DNA from: Lingula anatina
Lineage: Eukaryota; Animalia; Brachiopoda
DNA length: 64,000 bases
NCBI GenBank assembly: GCA_051362555.1
Contig: CM120646.1
Location: forward strand, 11,470,001-11,534,000
Reading direction: 5' to 3'
The position numbers were made by a program, and so were the translations under genes. The stretch's first letter is position 1, and each line of letters starts with the position of its first letter. Below the pieces are notes generated by a model. The model did no database searches. It was not told where the DNA came from and was given only the letters and a program-made list of their open reading frames with translations. This document shows positions 38,575 to 51,045 of the stretch, piece by piece.

Positions 38575-39457
38575 CCCCCCCCCAGCCCCCAACGAAGTGG
38601 GTTGTCGCAAACGTTATTGAATTTGCCAAGGAAATGAGCTTTCTGCGCATGCGTATTATCGCCACGTGGAAATGTGGCCGCTTTGCCATCAAATTCATCT
38701 CCAGGATTACTTTCAAATTACACGACAATAAAAGTCATAAACAGAACGGGTGCCGTCGTTTTGGATTGGTATGCCATTGATATTAGGCATGGAGATATCA
38801 CCTTTTTTACAATTGTGCGAAAGGTTTGCGGCAGCCAGCGATTATCGCCCGAAAAAATATCTGTGACATTCTGTACAAAGCAGCACATACCAGGTTTTCT
38901 GTAGCGAAAAAAGGGTCGACAAGGGCGTAGAGGTATTTGGTGGGATGAAGGTCGGACAGGCCACCTGACAGTTTGGCTGCTTCATGTGAGTCGAAGTAGA
39001 CAAAATGGCATCGTCCGAAATGACCTTTAATAGATTTGGTAGTATTAAGCATATCTTTGCATCATTTTTTTAAAAATTTCTGTGAAGTGTTCAAAATGCT
39101 TTAATACAAAATAAAGACACACTGTTCGTTTGATATTTGTTTTATCGATTGCTATACCAACAAAATGCATGATACAACCTGAAATAGATTTGGTAATTTG
39201 AAGTATATCTATTCATGACTTTTTTTTTACATTTCTACGAAGTATTCTCAATGCTTTAATATTTTGAGAGCATGGATAAAGACATATTGTTAGTTTGATA
39301 CGTGTTTCTGAGGTAAATTTTGTGTTTCCAGCTGTGTACTGACAGCATTCCTTTACTTAAGCAGTATTTTTTTTTGGACTGTTTTTTTTTTTCGCCCTCT
39401 CGCACCGATTTTGGGGTACCCAGAGGATGTCATCCATAAAAATAAAAAAGTGTGGCC
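38478..39457. mobile_element. Non-autonomous Zator- or Harbinger-like DNA element (980 bp)
   Basis: ~34-bp TIR GGCCACACTTTTTT(T)ATTTTTATGGATGACATCC with TAA on both sides. Confidence 0.8.
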
Positions 39458-40939
39458 TAATATAAATATGAGGCAGTGTATAAAAGATTTTACACTTTAA
39501 AAATTCAAGAATTTATACATGCTAGGTACATGCACATCACTTAGGTCATTTCACAAAAAATGCACTTAATTGTTTAGATTAACCTCTACTTTTATCGATC
39601 TCAACTCCTTGTCTGATCCACCTGAAAGAAATATAGTGAACATGAGGCAAACTAACACGTTTACATGTAGGCGAAGGGGGTATACTACAATATTGATTAC
39701 AAACAATATCAACATCGATTCAAGACCGTTGCCTGTCTTTCACACATTTACACGAACACACGAAGGTCGCGTCCCGATATTTACCTCTCTCCTTCGAACA
39801 AGCAAAGGGCTGACCCGAAGTAAGCTTCCTAAACTAAATTCCCTTTGATTGTATATTGTAATTACTCCACTTGCTCGCCTCCATTGTCTTGTAAAAGTGA
39901 CAAAGAATGTGTTGTTTTCACACTCGAGTTGATAGAACTCCTTGGCCTTGTTGCATAATGTCTTTATCAAGGTTATAATCAATGTCTTGCCTCACTTAAA
40001 AAGGCAGTTGACTTTCATACTGGTTTTTGCTTCACTTATGCTAACCCACTTTGTACAAATATGGTTTCAATAAATCGACAAAATTATGACACTTATGAAA
40101 ATTGAATATCAAACGTTTTGATACGATTGAAATAAATGGACAAGAAGGATTACGGTATTACCCCTGTACAGTATACATGTATGCACATGCCAATTGCGGT
40201 AGAGAAGTTATCAGTCACACTGAGAACGCATAGATAAATGTGACGCATTTGTTCAAAACGTGTCTTGCCAAAATACGTACGTCTAAGCGTTTATCGCGGT
40301 ATTCCTACCGATCTCAGAGTGGGATTTACAAACGATTAACTGGACGATGCAGCCTAGGACGTTTTGTGTAAGTGGGGTGAGTTTGAGGGTGATTTATTGG
40401 CTGTATCTATTTTATTTAGAATTTTTAAAGCGAGTGGGTTTGACTTAGTTTCATAAGCTCTCTCTTTTTTTATTGACTCTATAGAGGCCTAGGGGATTTA
40501 ACGACATTCGTATTGAAAATTTCATGCTATTTTTGCTTAATGGAAGACTATGTAGTTTGGCGCTCTAATGTCGTTTTACGTTTTTTAAGTTAATGCACGC
40601 GGTTTCAAAAACTTGTAGCGATTTTACGACAATGGTTTTATAACCAGTCAAGGGTGGCATTCACATCGAGAAGAGCCTAGGTCTAGTAAGGCCGCGACCT
40701 AAATATGGCGGACCTACATGAAAAGAAGACCGCTAATATTTTAATGGTCTCTCCGCCTCTCATACGCTCCCCCCACGCGTTGTCCCTCGACCGGTTGAAT
40801 TGAGCTTCCTTTCATGTAGGTCCGCCATATTTAGGTAGCGGCCTTACTAGACCTCGGCTCTTCTCGTAGTGAATGCTCCCAAGTAGAGAAATTATGCGTT
40901 GTGCAAGACCTGTTGGAGTTTTTCGCTAACATTGCAGAT

Positions 40940-43900
40940 ATGTTTCTGGTATTTTCCATTTACCTTAAAAGCAGTACCAAACTGGAGAAGGTGAAACAAA
41001 CACATAAAGTTTACTGGTTGATATTGGTAATACTAGGTAAGATGAATATCAATTTTATCGATGTACTAGTTCTGTATGTCAACATTGGATTGAATGGTGC
41101 TGCAAGAAATTGAGTCTTTTAGGTGTATGAAAGTGTATGCCTCTGTAGACGTTAATTTTATCTTGAAAATATGAAAATATGAGAAACAGATATACCTGTA
41201 TAGATACAAGTACTGGGAAACTTACATTCTGCATTGAAACGGATCATTTACCCTGTCTGCATAGTGTTGTTGGTCGTGACGGCGGATTGGTTGTTGAATG
41301 GTTTAAATGCAATGTCTATTTTTGTCGAACAAACACAGCAGGCACACGACATTGCTTCAAAGTTTTAATATTCAACGTTGGTCTACATTGATTCGCCATT
41401 AGATTTATCAACATTTACCATAAGTTGATTTCATATTGATTTTAAGATGAGACAAACAACATTGATTTCAAATTTCTATATTTATTTTGTAAATTGTATA
41501 TAAGAAAACTGCTACAAATTAAATGGGATTACATACACTGTATATATTTCTGTATACAAAAACAAGGCATAAAATAGGAAGTTACCATTAAGAAGATTTC
41601 TGATGAACATTTTAATATTGTTAATTGTTAAAACAATATGTCCAAAAGTAGTCTTCCAATGAGAATTCTAGTAAAAGCTTTTCATTTTGTTGTGTTCACA
41701 AAATTAAAATCTAGCCTAAAGGAAAATTTAGCATATTTCAAATGACATCGCAACAACACATCGCTGTAGTCAAAGTCCCTTTTGTGATTTCTAGAATGTT
41801 TGATATTTCTGATATAATATTCTGATATAATATTTGGGCCTCGAATGGAAAAAAACATGTTGTTTATTAAATGCTTATTTTACTGTCAAAAGGGTGTATT
41901 ATCCCCCCCACCTTTTCACAATATTCAGTGACAAGCAAACTAAAGTCGCTCAAAATATAACTGCTTCATACGTTTCCACTGCTGTACACGTATGTTCCTT
42001 TTTGGGGTTAGACGATAGAGCTAACACCCCATTTCCATAGATTTTTAGATCGATCTATCCCTGTGGGGAGTCTCACTATATTACTGTCAGCTTGGCCGGC
42101 TTAAGCGTCTGTCCCGCCTACTAAAAGCTGTAAGGGGGTAATTAACTAAGGTGCCCGCTCGGCTGACTGCAATTTAGCGTGAACCCCCAGGGAGTTAGGT
42201 CGATCTAATTCTTAATCTTAAGAACGATATAAATCTCTGGGAAAGCACCCTAAGATACTTTGCTACAAACCTCTTAATGTTGGACCACAATATAATAATC
42301 AAACATAGTTTGTAATCTGTGCACTAAATATTCTAAGAGCATGCCTGTGACCTCATGTGCTGCACAAAATTAAAGATTCAATTATCGGTAGAAACCTTAT
42401 TAATATCAGGTAAAAGATGCACTTTAAAATGCCCTTTGTTGGTTATAGATGTGTAGTCTGTGAAATCGCATATAGATAATCTCTTCATTCTGGGAAAATA
42501 TAGGGCAATGACTCTTTAAAACAAATTAGTGTTTATACAAGTATAATTTAATATGTCTCTTTCTCTCTTCTCTTTCTTTTACCTTCATGATCTTTGGGAA
42601 AGCGCTGCACTCTTAAGCGACCCAGAAGAATTATGTGCTGCACCTACAAAATAAATATGAAAACATTTAAAATGTAATTTAAAGGACTGTTTAAGAAGGG
42701 TAAATGGAGGATTATAGTTAAGAAGGCGTGAGTATAAGAAAACTATTATAGATCACCAGTATAAACTGTTTCATTCAAATTCAATTTTTAAAAGTTATTC
42801 TTACTATCACAGTATCTTTGTCCGTTTATATATTTCTACGAATATCACAATCTATACACACAGATTTCATTAAATTTCTGTGCCTGGTTGTACCTCTTCC
42901 CACATTATTGTGTACATATTTTAATTCGATGATACTCCTAACCTTTCCATTCGAGACAAAGGCAAGCGCCTTTCAGAGTGTGTGGTGTCTTTGTGAAAGA
43001 GCTCCATGAGCTAACTATTCAACCGACAAACTGATTTTCCCATATGTGACCTGAAGGTTATGTTGGAGAAATGGCACGGCTCCCGTATGTAATGTAAACA
43101 TTCTCTCCGTGACCCGTAGCTGCTAACATTGTTAAAAAGGGTACATATAAATACAAACTGATAAAAAGCGCACTGAAAATCGCATTTCATCATTTCAACG
43201 AATCAGATTTCAACACACGGCCCCTGCGACAAATTATATGTGATGTGAGCTGTAGCAACATAGGCGTCATAGATAGTGCTCAGTAGTGATCAAATTAGGC
43301 AAATTCCTTGATGCTCTAAAGTACAGTAACACTAACATGTAATTGCATGTAGCACGCTTGCCCATCATATACCCGCAACAACCTTAGCAGATGCACAAAT
43401 GATTCAAAAAGTCAAACAAATGACTGCCTTCCCTCGCTTTTTGGTGTATTCACGCGGCGCACTGTTAGGATAAATAGATTGCCCAAGATTTACGCAGTGC
43501 TGTTAAAGTAACTTTAGCGTGTAAAATAAATAAAGCTTTCTTTAATAATTGCTAGGTGGCATCATACCCACACATCCACGCAAACATCCACGCACATTCA
43601 CACGCGGTGAAATATATTAACAAGATAGCAAAGCTGTCAAATGTACAGAGAAAAAAAGCAGAAAATAATAATGCACAAAATAGGATCCTGTCAATAATGC
43701 ATTATTCCTAACTGCAAAGACAGCATCAAATGTAATATTGCACAACAGGTAATACCGATGAAAGTAAATGCATAAGGCTTCAGACCCATGAGAGTTCAAG
43801 TTCACAAATTGCCAAAATGAGAAAAATGAAAATTTGAAAAAACAAAAATAGATGCATAAATTTAATTTAAAAAATCCGATAGAGCTGGTTTTGTCATTTG

Positions 43901-46459
43901 AGCTGTATGTCAATCGTAATAATCATTCTTGTAAGTTGAAAATATAATAAGTAACAGTTTTCTTTTCATAACGTTTGTGGTGGCAGTGCACGAAGTGTTT
44001 TTTTTGTCATCTTTGATGCAATATTACATTTAGAAAATTTGATTACCACTGGGCTTTATGCGTTGGGGTTTTAAGTCCCACAATGTAAATGCCAATATGT
44101 GAAAGATAAAAATTTTGCAAAAATGTACAACAGAAAAGAAGCTTTTCCAACTCAGGCTGAATTTAAGTCCTACCTGTATGTTACCTTTCTGAAAGTTTGA
44201 GAAGGGTAAGTGACATGGTTTTTCCTTAATGGTCTTTGTGGAAGCTCAGTGCCCAAAACGGGGTTTTCTTCATTTTGATGCAATGTTACATAATGTTTAA
44301 CAGCATAATGACCATCAATTTTAATAATAAAATGAAAATGTCATGGATATTCAGAATAACAAAGCTCTTCAAGCCCATGGAAGTTCAAAGTAACACCTTG
44401 AAAATGCCAAAATGTAAACAAGAGATAACTATACTGAAATGAGTTTATTTCCACTTTCACCACATTTTACATAAAACAAAAAATCAATTTACTGTCATTT
44501 TTATATGAAGAACTAAGAAAGTTGTTGGCATGGGAAAATATCAATAGAACAATTTTAAATGTCCAATTTACCCCATTCTGAGATTCTGAACATCGTGAAT
44601 GATTGAATCTGACAAACATTAATGATATGAGTTTATTTCCATTTTTGACACTATTACACAATACACGATAACGGGTTAACCATCATTCTTATGTAATCAA
44701 ATAAAATATTGTTAAGATGCGGTAAATGTACAAGGAACACTTTTAGGTACCTCATAAGTTCAAGAATGAGAATGTTAACATGCCCAAGAATTAAGAAAAA
44801 CCATATATACACAAAAGGTAAAGCTTATTTTCTAACTTGATCTGTATTTTAGTAATATTAATCACTCCTGAATGTTTCAAGACAATAGGCCTATCAATTT
44901 TCTTTGAAATGTGTTATCAGTGTTGTATATAAGCCGAAAAAAGCTAAAAACAGCATAACTTTTAAGAAAATGGCCCGACCATGCGGATTTTCGAACTAGA
45001 CCTGCATATCATGCATATTTATTAGTTCTGTAAGTTTCAAGCCAAAAAATAAAATAGTATTCCACTTATCGTGTTATCGGTGTTGCATATATGTTGAAAA
45101 AAGTGAGAAAAAAACAGCATAACTTATATAAAAATGGTCCGCTCATGCTGATTTTTTTAACTTGACCTGCGTATTATGAATATTCATCAGTTCCGTAAAT
45201 TTTCAAGCCAAAAGGTAAAACTCGGTGAAAGAGCACGGCGACGACGAAGGCGACAACGACAGACGCGGGTGACGATCTGTGTCTGTACATAAAAATTACT
45301 TGCAATATCAAACTTCGTTTCAGCTAGTCATTTGGAAGCGGCTTTACAAGATGAACTAAATACCGTGTATGTGCGCGAGAATGGAACTGCCAAACTCCAG
45401 TGGTCACTGTTTATTGGGGAAAATGCAGGCAGGTCGTCGGTGAACTTCATGGTCAAAAAGAGAGGCGCTCTGCTTTGTCAGTGGGTAAAGGCACACTGGG
45501 AGGTAAACCAATGCGACCCAGGAATGACCTTAACAATCAGCCCAAAACAAGTGCGTGTACCGGGTCCAACCAACATTAATGTTACGTTTTCGTTGAGGAA
45601 CAAGAGTCTTGTCGATGATGGGACCTACGAGGGTCGCTTAGTGATTGACGAAAAATGGCAGGAGATGCAAGTGTATCCGAAATATTTAGTGACAAAGGGT
45701 GAGTTACTGATGCAGATGCTTTCATCTGCTAATATGTAATACATGTGGTTGGTTACTTGTATCTATCAGAATCATTAGTTTCACTTGATTAATTGCATAC
45801 AAAAGTATAAATTTAACCTCAAAATTAGCATTTCATTAAGCAATTAACCAGAATATATTCCATTTCCTTTTTGTTATTTGAAAAATCTGGTTAACTTTGT
45901 ACAATTTCTTTGTATTTTGATATAGCCATTCGAAAGCCTCTATTATAATTATGCAAGTCTGCAGTATTATATATTTGAGAAAAAAACTTATTATGAAAAT
46001 GAATGTATGTATTCTAGTATAAAAAAAGAGAAACGTGTGATTATTAAACATATCGTAAGGTTGATCAAATAAATGAGTTTGTTATTGCTTTACGTTTAAA
46101 CAGCATAAAGCCCTATCCTTTTTTCTTAGTTGAACCAGTTGTGACCTTGAACGCTACTTACAGCAACACCTGCATCGCCGACATCATCTGCCATGCACGA
46201 GGTGGCCGCCCAAAGCCTGTTGAAACGATCCTTATAAAGGATGGAACTGAAATATCTCGTTCCAGACTTAAATGTCAAGAAGAAGCAGGGAACACAGATG
46301 GCAATGAGGCATCTCAGTGCTCTTCAGTCCATTCTATCGAAAACTCAGGCGGTCAATACAAGTGTAGAGTGGAACATGCCGATTACATTGTTGACAGTGC
46401 TGAAGTGGACATCCCATTTGGAAGAAAAGGTGAAAATGAGCAGTGTCATTTTGTGATAT

Positions 46460-46511
<52 letters not shown>

Positions 46512-47250
46512 AACACACACATTAACACAAACGCTCACACAATAGTGCTGGTTACATAAATAGCGCTGGTTACATAAAAAACGAAACTAAAAATAATATT
46601 TATGTTTTTTATAATGTTTTTTTTACATTTCTCTTTTTTAATGTTTCAACGTTAACGGCAGAAAACGAAACAAGGGGACCAGGTCCTGTGAGAAATGACT
46701 GTGGTTGTACAGGCTACAGAGGCGAATTCTTCATACCATTTATCATTGCCTTAACAATAGAAATAGTAATGGTAATTGTAATGGCAATAATGCTAGCGTG
46801 GAAAATATTGAAACACGTGAAAAGCTACGGTAAGTTACACTCATTTCGGTTTGACCGATTCACTTATACCTTTTAAAAATAGCTACTTTGATGGGACTTT
46901 AAAAAACGTTGCACCCATTTTCTGTTTCAACTAAGCTTTGTTATGACATAACGTGTTGACAGTTGCAACGAGATAATATTGTGGAAGGCTTTGTACATTC
47001 GCCTGCTGCAAAACATGTAAACATGTTTCCTTCTCTTTAAAGTACTACACAGCATCATTGTTTTACAGATCGAGTTACGCATGTTTACAGAGGGGGAGAA
47101 AGGGAACAAGTTTGTGTCCTTAATATCGAGTACAGTGAACCTGGCATCCAAGTTACAGATGACCCAGAGGAACCTGTTCGGTTTAGAACAGACAAAGTTT
47201 CTGAAACAGCCGTCTTAAACCAGCCAAAGTCGGTCCCCAGCCCGAATTGA
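40940..47250 (+). CDS. IgSF receptor gene D (~373 aa): exons 40940-41036 (signal), 45324-45698 (V-like), 46130-46429 (C2-like), 46662-46829 (stalk CxC + TM), 47069-47250 (cytoplasmic)
   Basis: Phase-1 GT-AG introns, open frame to TGA at 47248-47250. TM FFIPFIIALTIEIVMVIVMAIMLAW. Tail SYDRVTHVYRGG..NIEYSEPG..SVPSPN*. Paralog of gene B. Confidence 0.85.
43619..45295 (+). mobile_element. HINE/pearl-like element at the same intronic position as the copy in gene B
   Basis: Same termini and flanks as 14494-15529, plus ~670 bp (about 43793-44464) absent from the gene B copy. Confidence 0.7.
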
Positions 47251-50200
47251 ATAGGTGAGGGAGACGAAAATCGAGCTGCCTAGATTACATGACTACTCTT
47301 TGGTAATAATAATTGTTGGTTTTAATACATCGTGGTGGATATTCATATTTTTAATTATTATTAAATCAACATTCACACGAATATCCGTACGTTTCACTGC
47401 GCTGTTGTCCTAAAATCGTTATTTTATGACCATACTTGATTTTAAAGTTATATATTTGATCACGCATTAACCTTTGGTGAAAAAATATCTCGATGGAGAT
47501 AAAAAGGAATAAACTTCAATGCGCTATAATTACGTCACCATCTAGTAAAGAAACCGGGGTTTCAACATGTGGCAATTTAATGAGCACTTTTTTAAATAGA
47601 AAATGGTTTTTACTCTAGCACTATAGCAACTATAGCATCATTTTAAACTTCTTCTTTATATATATATATGGAACTTTCCATAAAGTATCGAAACAACCTT
47701 ACGGTCTATAGTTATTCATTTATGGTTTATTTATTATTTTTATCATCATAATTACTTGAAAACCTGCGTGTTATGCAAAATTATTTATTTTGAGAGGTTT
47801 TTCTGCTTTTGTTAATTGTATGCACATGTCAAACTTAAAGTGTCTTTTGTAATGTGGTTTCTATTTTGTATGAATAAAATATTGGATGTTGTCCAGGATG
47901 TTTTAACAGTTTTATCAGTTTTTGCCTTTAACCTGGTAATATATGTTGTACTGGTATGTAATTAAATCCTAAATCTAGTAGTATCGAAGTTAAATTATCG
48001 ATTTACGCTAAACTAAGTTAACATTTTGCCTCGTGGTATTGTTGATTAACAATTATTCACGACTGAGAGACGCAACAATCATATCTTCGAATATTTTCAA
48101 CCTCCCGTTTTTTAAGAATTCTTTAAAGGAGGGGGCTTTGAAAGCTATCGACAGTCGACAAAATAGAGTTTAAGATCCTTTGTGTATCAACTAGTTGATT
48201 TTAGTTATCTGTTTTTTCTAGCTCTTTGTGAAACAGGGGCTAGTTTAGTTACGGGAGTCTTAATGTTAATTTTCATGCTCAACTGTAATCTTGATTGCCA
48301 ATTACCCCCCCCCCCCCCCGAAAAAAATAAAACTTAAAACGACAATTAAATGTGAGGATGCTTTGAAACTCGTCCTCAAATTTAATTTCCGACAACGCGC
48401 GGTTTGCATTATCGACCTGATGATTCGTGCACGTACTAACAAAAAAAACCTTCAAAACTGAAACCAGGAAATGATGCCCGTATTGAAAATAATTGAAAAC
48501 AGGCACACAATAAATATAAGGAAAATGTTGATAAGGACAGGCGGTTAACAGCATATATCGTTAAATATTAATCAGATTATGATGGTTCATATCATCAAAA
48601 TTTCAATACAAGACGACGAACACCGAGAACAGATATTACAGAAGTAAAAAATACCTAGTACAAATATTCGCTGTGGGATATAGACAGGTTCTGTAGTTTG
48701 TACATACATGTACTGAATGTGTGTGTGAGCGCAAGCACACTGTTATTTAAAGCCCTTATACATGTGTATTGATCAAACCTGTAACAAAAAAGATAAATAT
48801 ATAGCCATTTTGTGTGTGATGCAGTGACATCCAGTTGCATTGATTGCCCTCATGCTGTGATGGATAAAGAACATAAAAATCTATCTTCAGCTTTTATCCT
48901 TCCATTTTTACGCCTCCTAAATACTATGAAGAATTCAAGTTCTTTTTGTTTTTGTGAAAAATTCCACTTCTTTTTGGTTCTGTAAAGGAAATTATTTGTG
49001 CTTATTCTATTAACAGTACGCTAATCAAATAAGGACACATCTTAATCAACCATTCAAAAAATGAATTTTCCAGGAGTAAAGGACAATTTCCCTGTCCTTA
49101 ACCAATTGTTAATGAATCCATTCTGACATTCAAAGTTAGTCCCTGTTGTTTTCTAAAAAGTTTTTTTTTTTGTTTTATTCTCTGGAGAAATTATTACAAA
49201 GTAAAGCCATCTATGGAGGTCAGGCGATGTGATGGCAAGCACAAATTCCACAATTATAGCATTTACCTCCGTTTTGGTGGTAAAGCAGAATTGCTTATAT
49301 TTCTATGAGTTGTTGAAAATGTATTTATTGTAAAATGGATTTCTTACGAACAGGCGTTATCCCTTAAAACTCATAGCTATTTTTAATAGAAATGGTTATT
49401 CATTTCTACACCTGCAATGTTATAGGCGTGTGTCAAAGTATAAAAATATAACACAATGCGTTTTGATCTACCATATTGTGAATCTTAAGCCTAGGCTTGT
49501 TGTCGATCAATTCAGGCACAACTGTAATATAGTAGGTCAACCGATCCTGGGATTAGCAATCACGAACCTGAATATTGATCAGCTGATTTAGCTGTGGTGG
49601 TAACTTGTGATGCTTGCAGTTGACGTACTATAATAGTTTGCATTGATTTTGTGGTTGTATACTTTGTATGTAGTTTTTCATGGCGAATGTGGAAAGATCG
49701 GATTAACATTGCGGTGTCTAGATGGGATACGTAAATAAGGATTTTGCTGCTAATGCCTTCGTAAAGAAAATCTTGAGGGTAAATGCTGACGTACTGACAC
49801 ATATGCTATTTCTTTACTCAGGGTCAACTGAGTTAGTGATGCATGCGTGGTGGATTTGTTAACAGGTAAACCATCACACATTTCATATTGAGTTTGAAAA
49901 TAGTCTTTTGAAGCCAACAACATTGCCCTTTATTGGAGTTCACAAAAAAGGCAAACGTACTTGTGAAAATAAAGTCAATGCGTTCCCAAGGTCCATTTTA
50001 TTGCTATGTGAGTTTTGTTTGGTTAAGAAAGAATTCATTGCTTGTCTTTCGCTTTCAATTACACGCAGACATAGTAAAAAGTGGAAATTCCACGTCACTT
50101 TTCAATTAAGAGTATTGACAGTATTTATTTTTACCTGTTCACATATATGTTGGGGCGAAGTTGCACATCTACAACATGGCTACAAACCTTGATTCCAAAA

Positions 50201-51045
50201 GCCCTTTGGGCCGAATGTTTGTTACATATCCTGTATTCGCCAGTGAATATAAGACGTTCAATAAAGCTCAACCTTAGTCTTATCGACACATTCCCATTAC
50301 GGCACATGCACTGTAGCAGTTAACTTGAAAACAAAGTAAGACGAATAAAGGCACGATCTTGCCATTTTAACTCAAAAGCATGCTACGGACTCTGTTATAA
50401 CAACAATTAATCATTCATCTAGCCATATGTAGTGTTTATACTGCATTGATGAAAAAGATTCGCCGTTTTACTGACTAAGGTCAGACAGTATAAAGTATTA
50501 CCAGAGATTTATATGACACACACTGTACCTGTACCCCAGTACATATTTCGTTTAACATTTTAGTATAGATACATAAGACTAAGAATGTATGTGACTCACC
50601 AAATACAGCTCTTGTATTGGTTTTATCCAGTTAAAGTGGATGCAGCGTTTGCCTTCATTTCGAAGATAAAAATGCAATTTGGTCTTCAGATTGGTAGCAC
50701 TCCACCGAATCCATTCCAGTTCAGTGCAACGCATACCGGTACTTTCGAGCGTCCTACAAATGTGTCACCAACCTTACAGAATTAATGAAGGTGCTTGAAT
50801 TGTTCCCCTCGCCGTTTTAACATGTACTAGCTTTCTCTCAATACAAGGACAAGAGCAATATTGCAATTGCAAGGTACTGGGGTCATCAGTACGACATACG
50901 TACACTGTGACATGTTCATGTACACTGTATGAGTCACCTACATATACAATGGAAGTGTGGGGAATCACCACGTACATCATCGTACGTTAATTTTGGATTT
51001 TTTATTTTCGGTATCGTTACACAGATAAGAAGGTAACTCGACAAG

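Noticed and set aside
42024-42250. Defined MITE (AGATCGATCTA family, also ~18583 and ~51450-51565)
   Set aside because: Probably a real small repeat family, but the termini and TSD are too degenerate for me to delimit.
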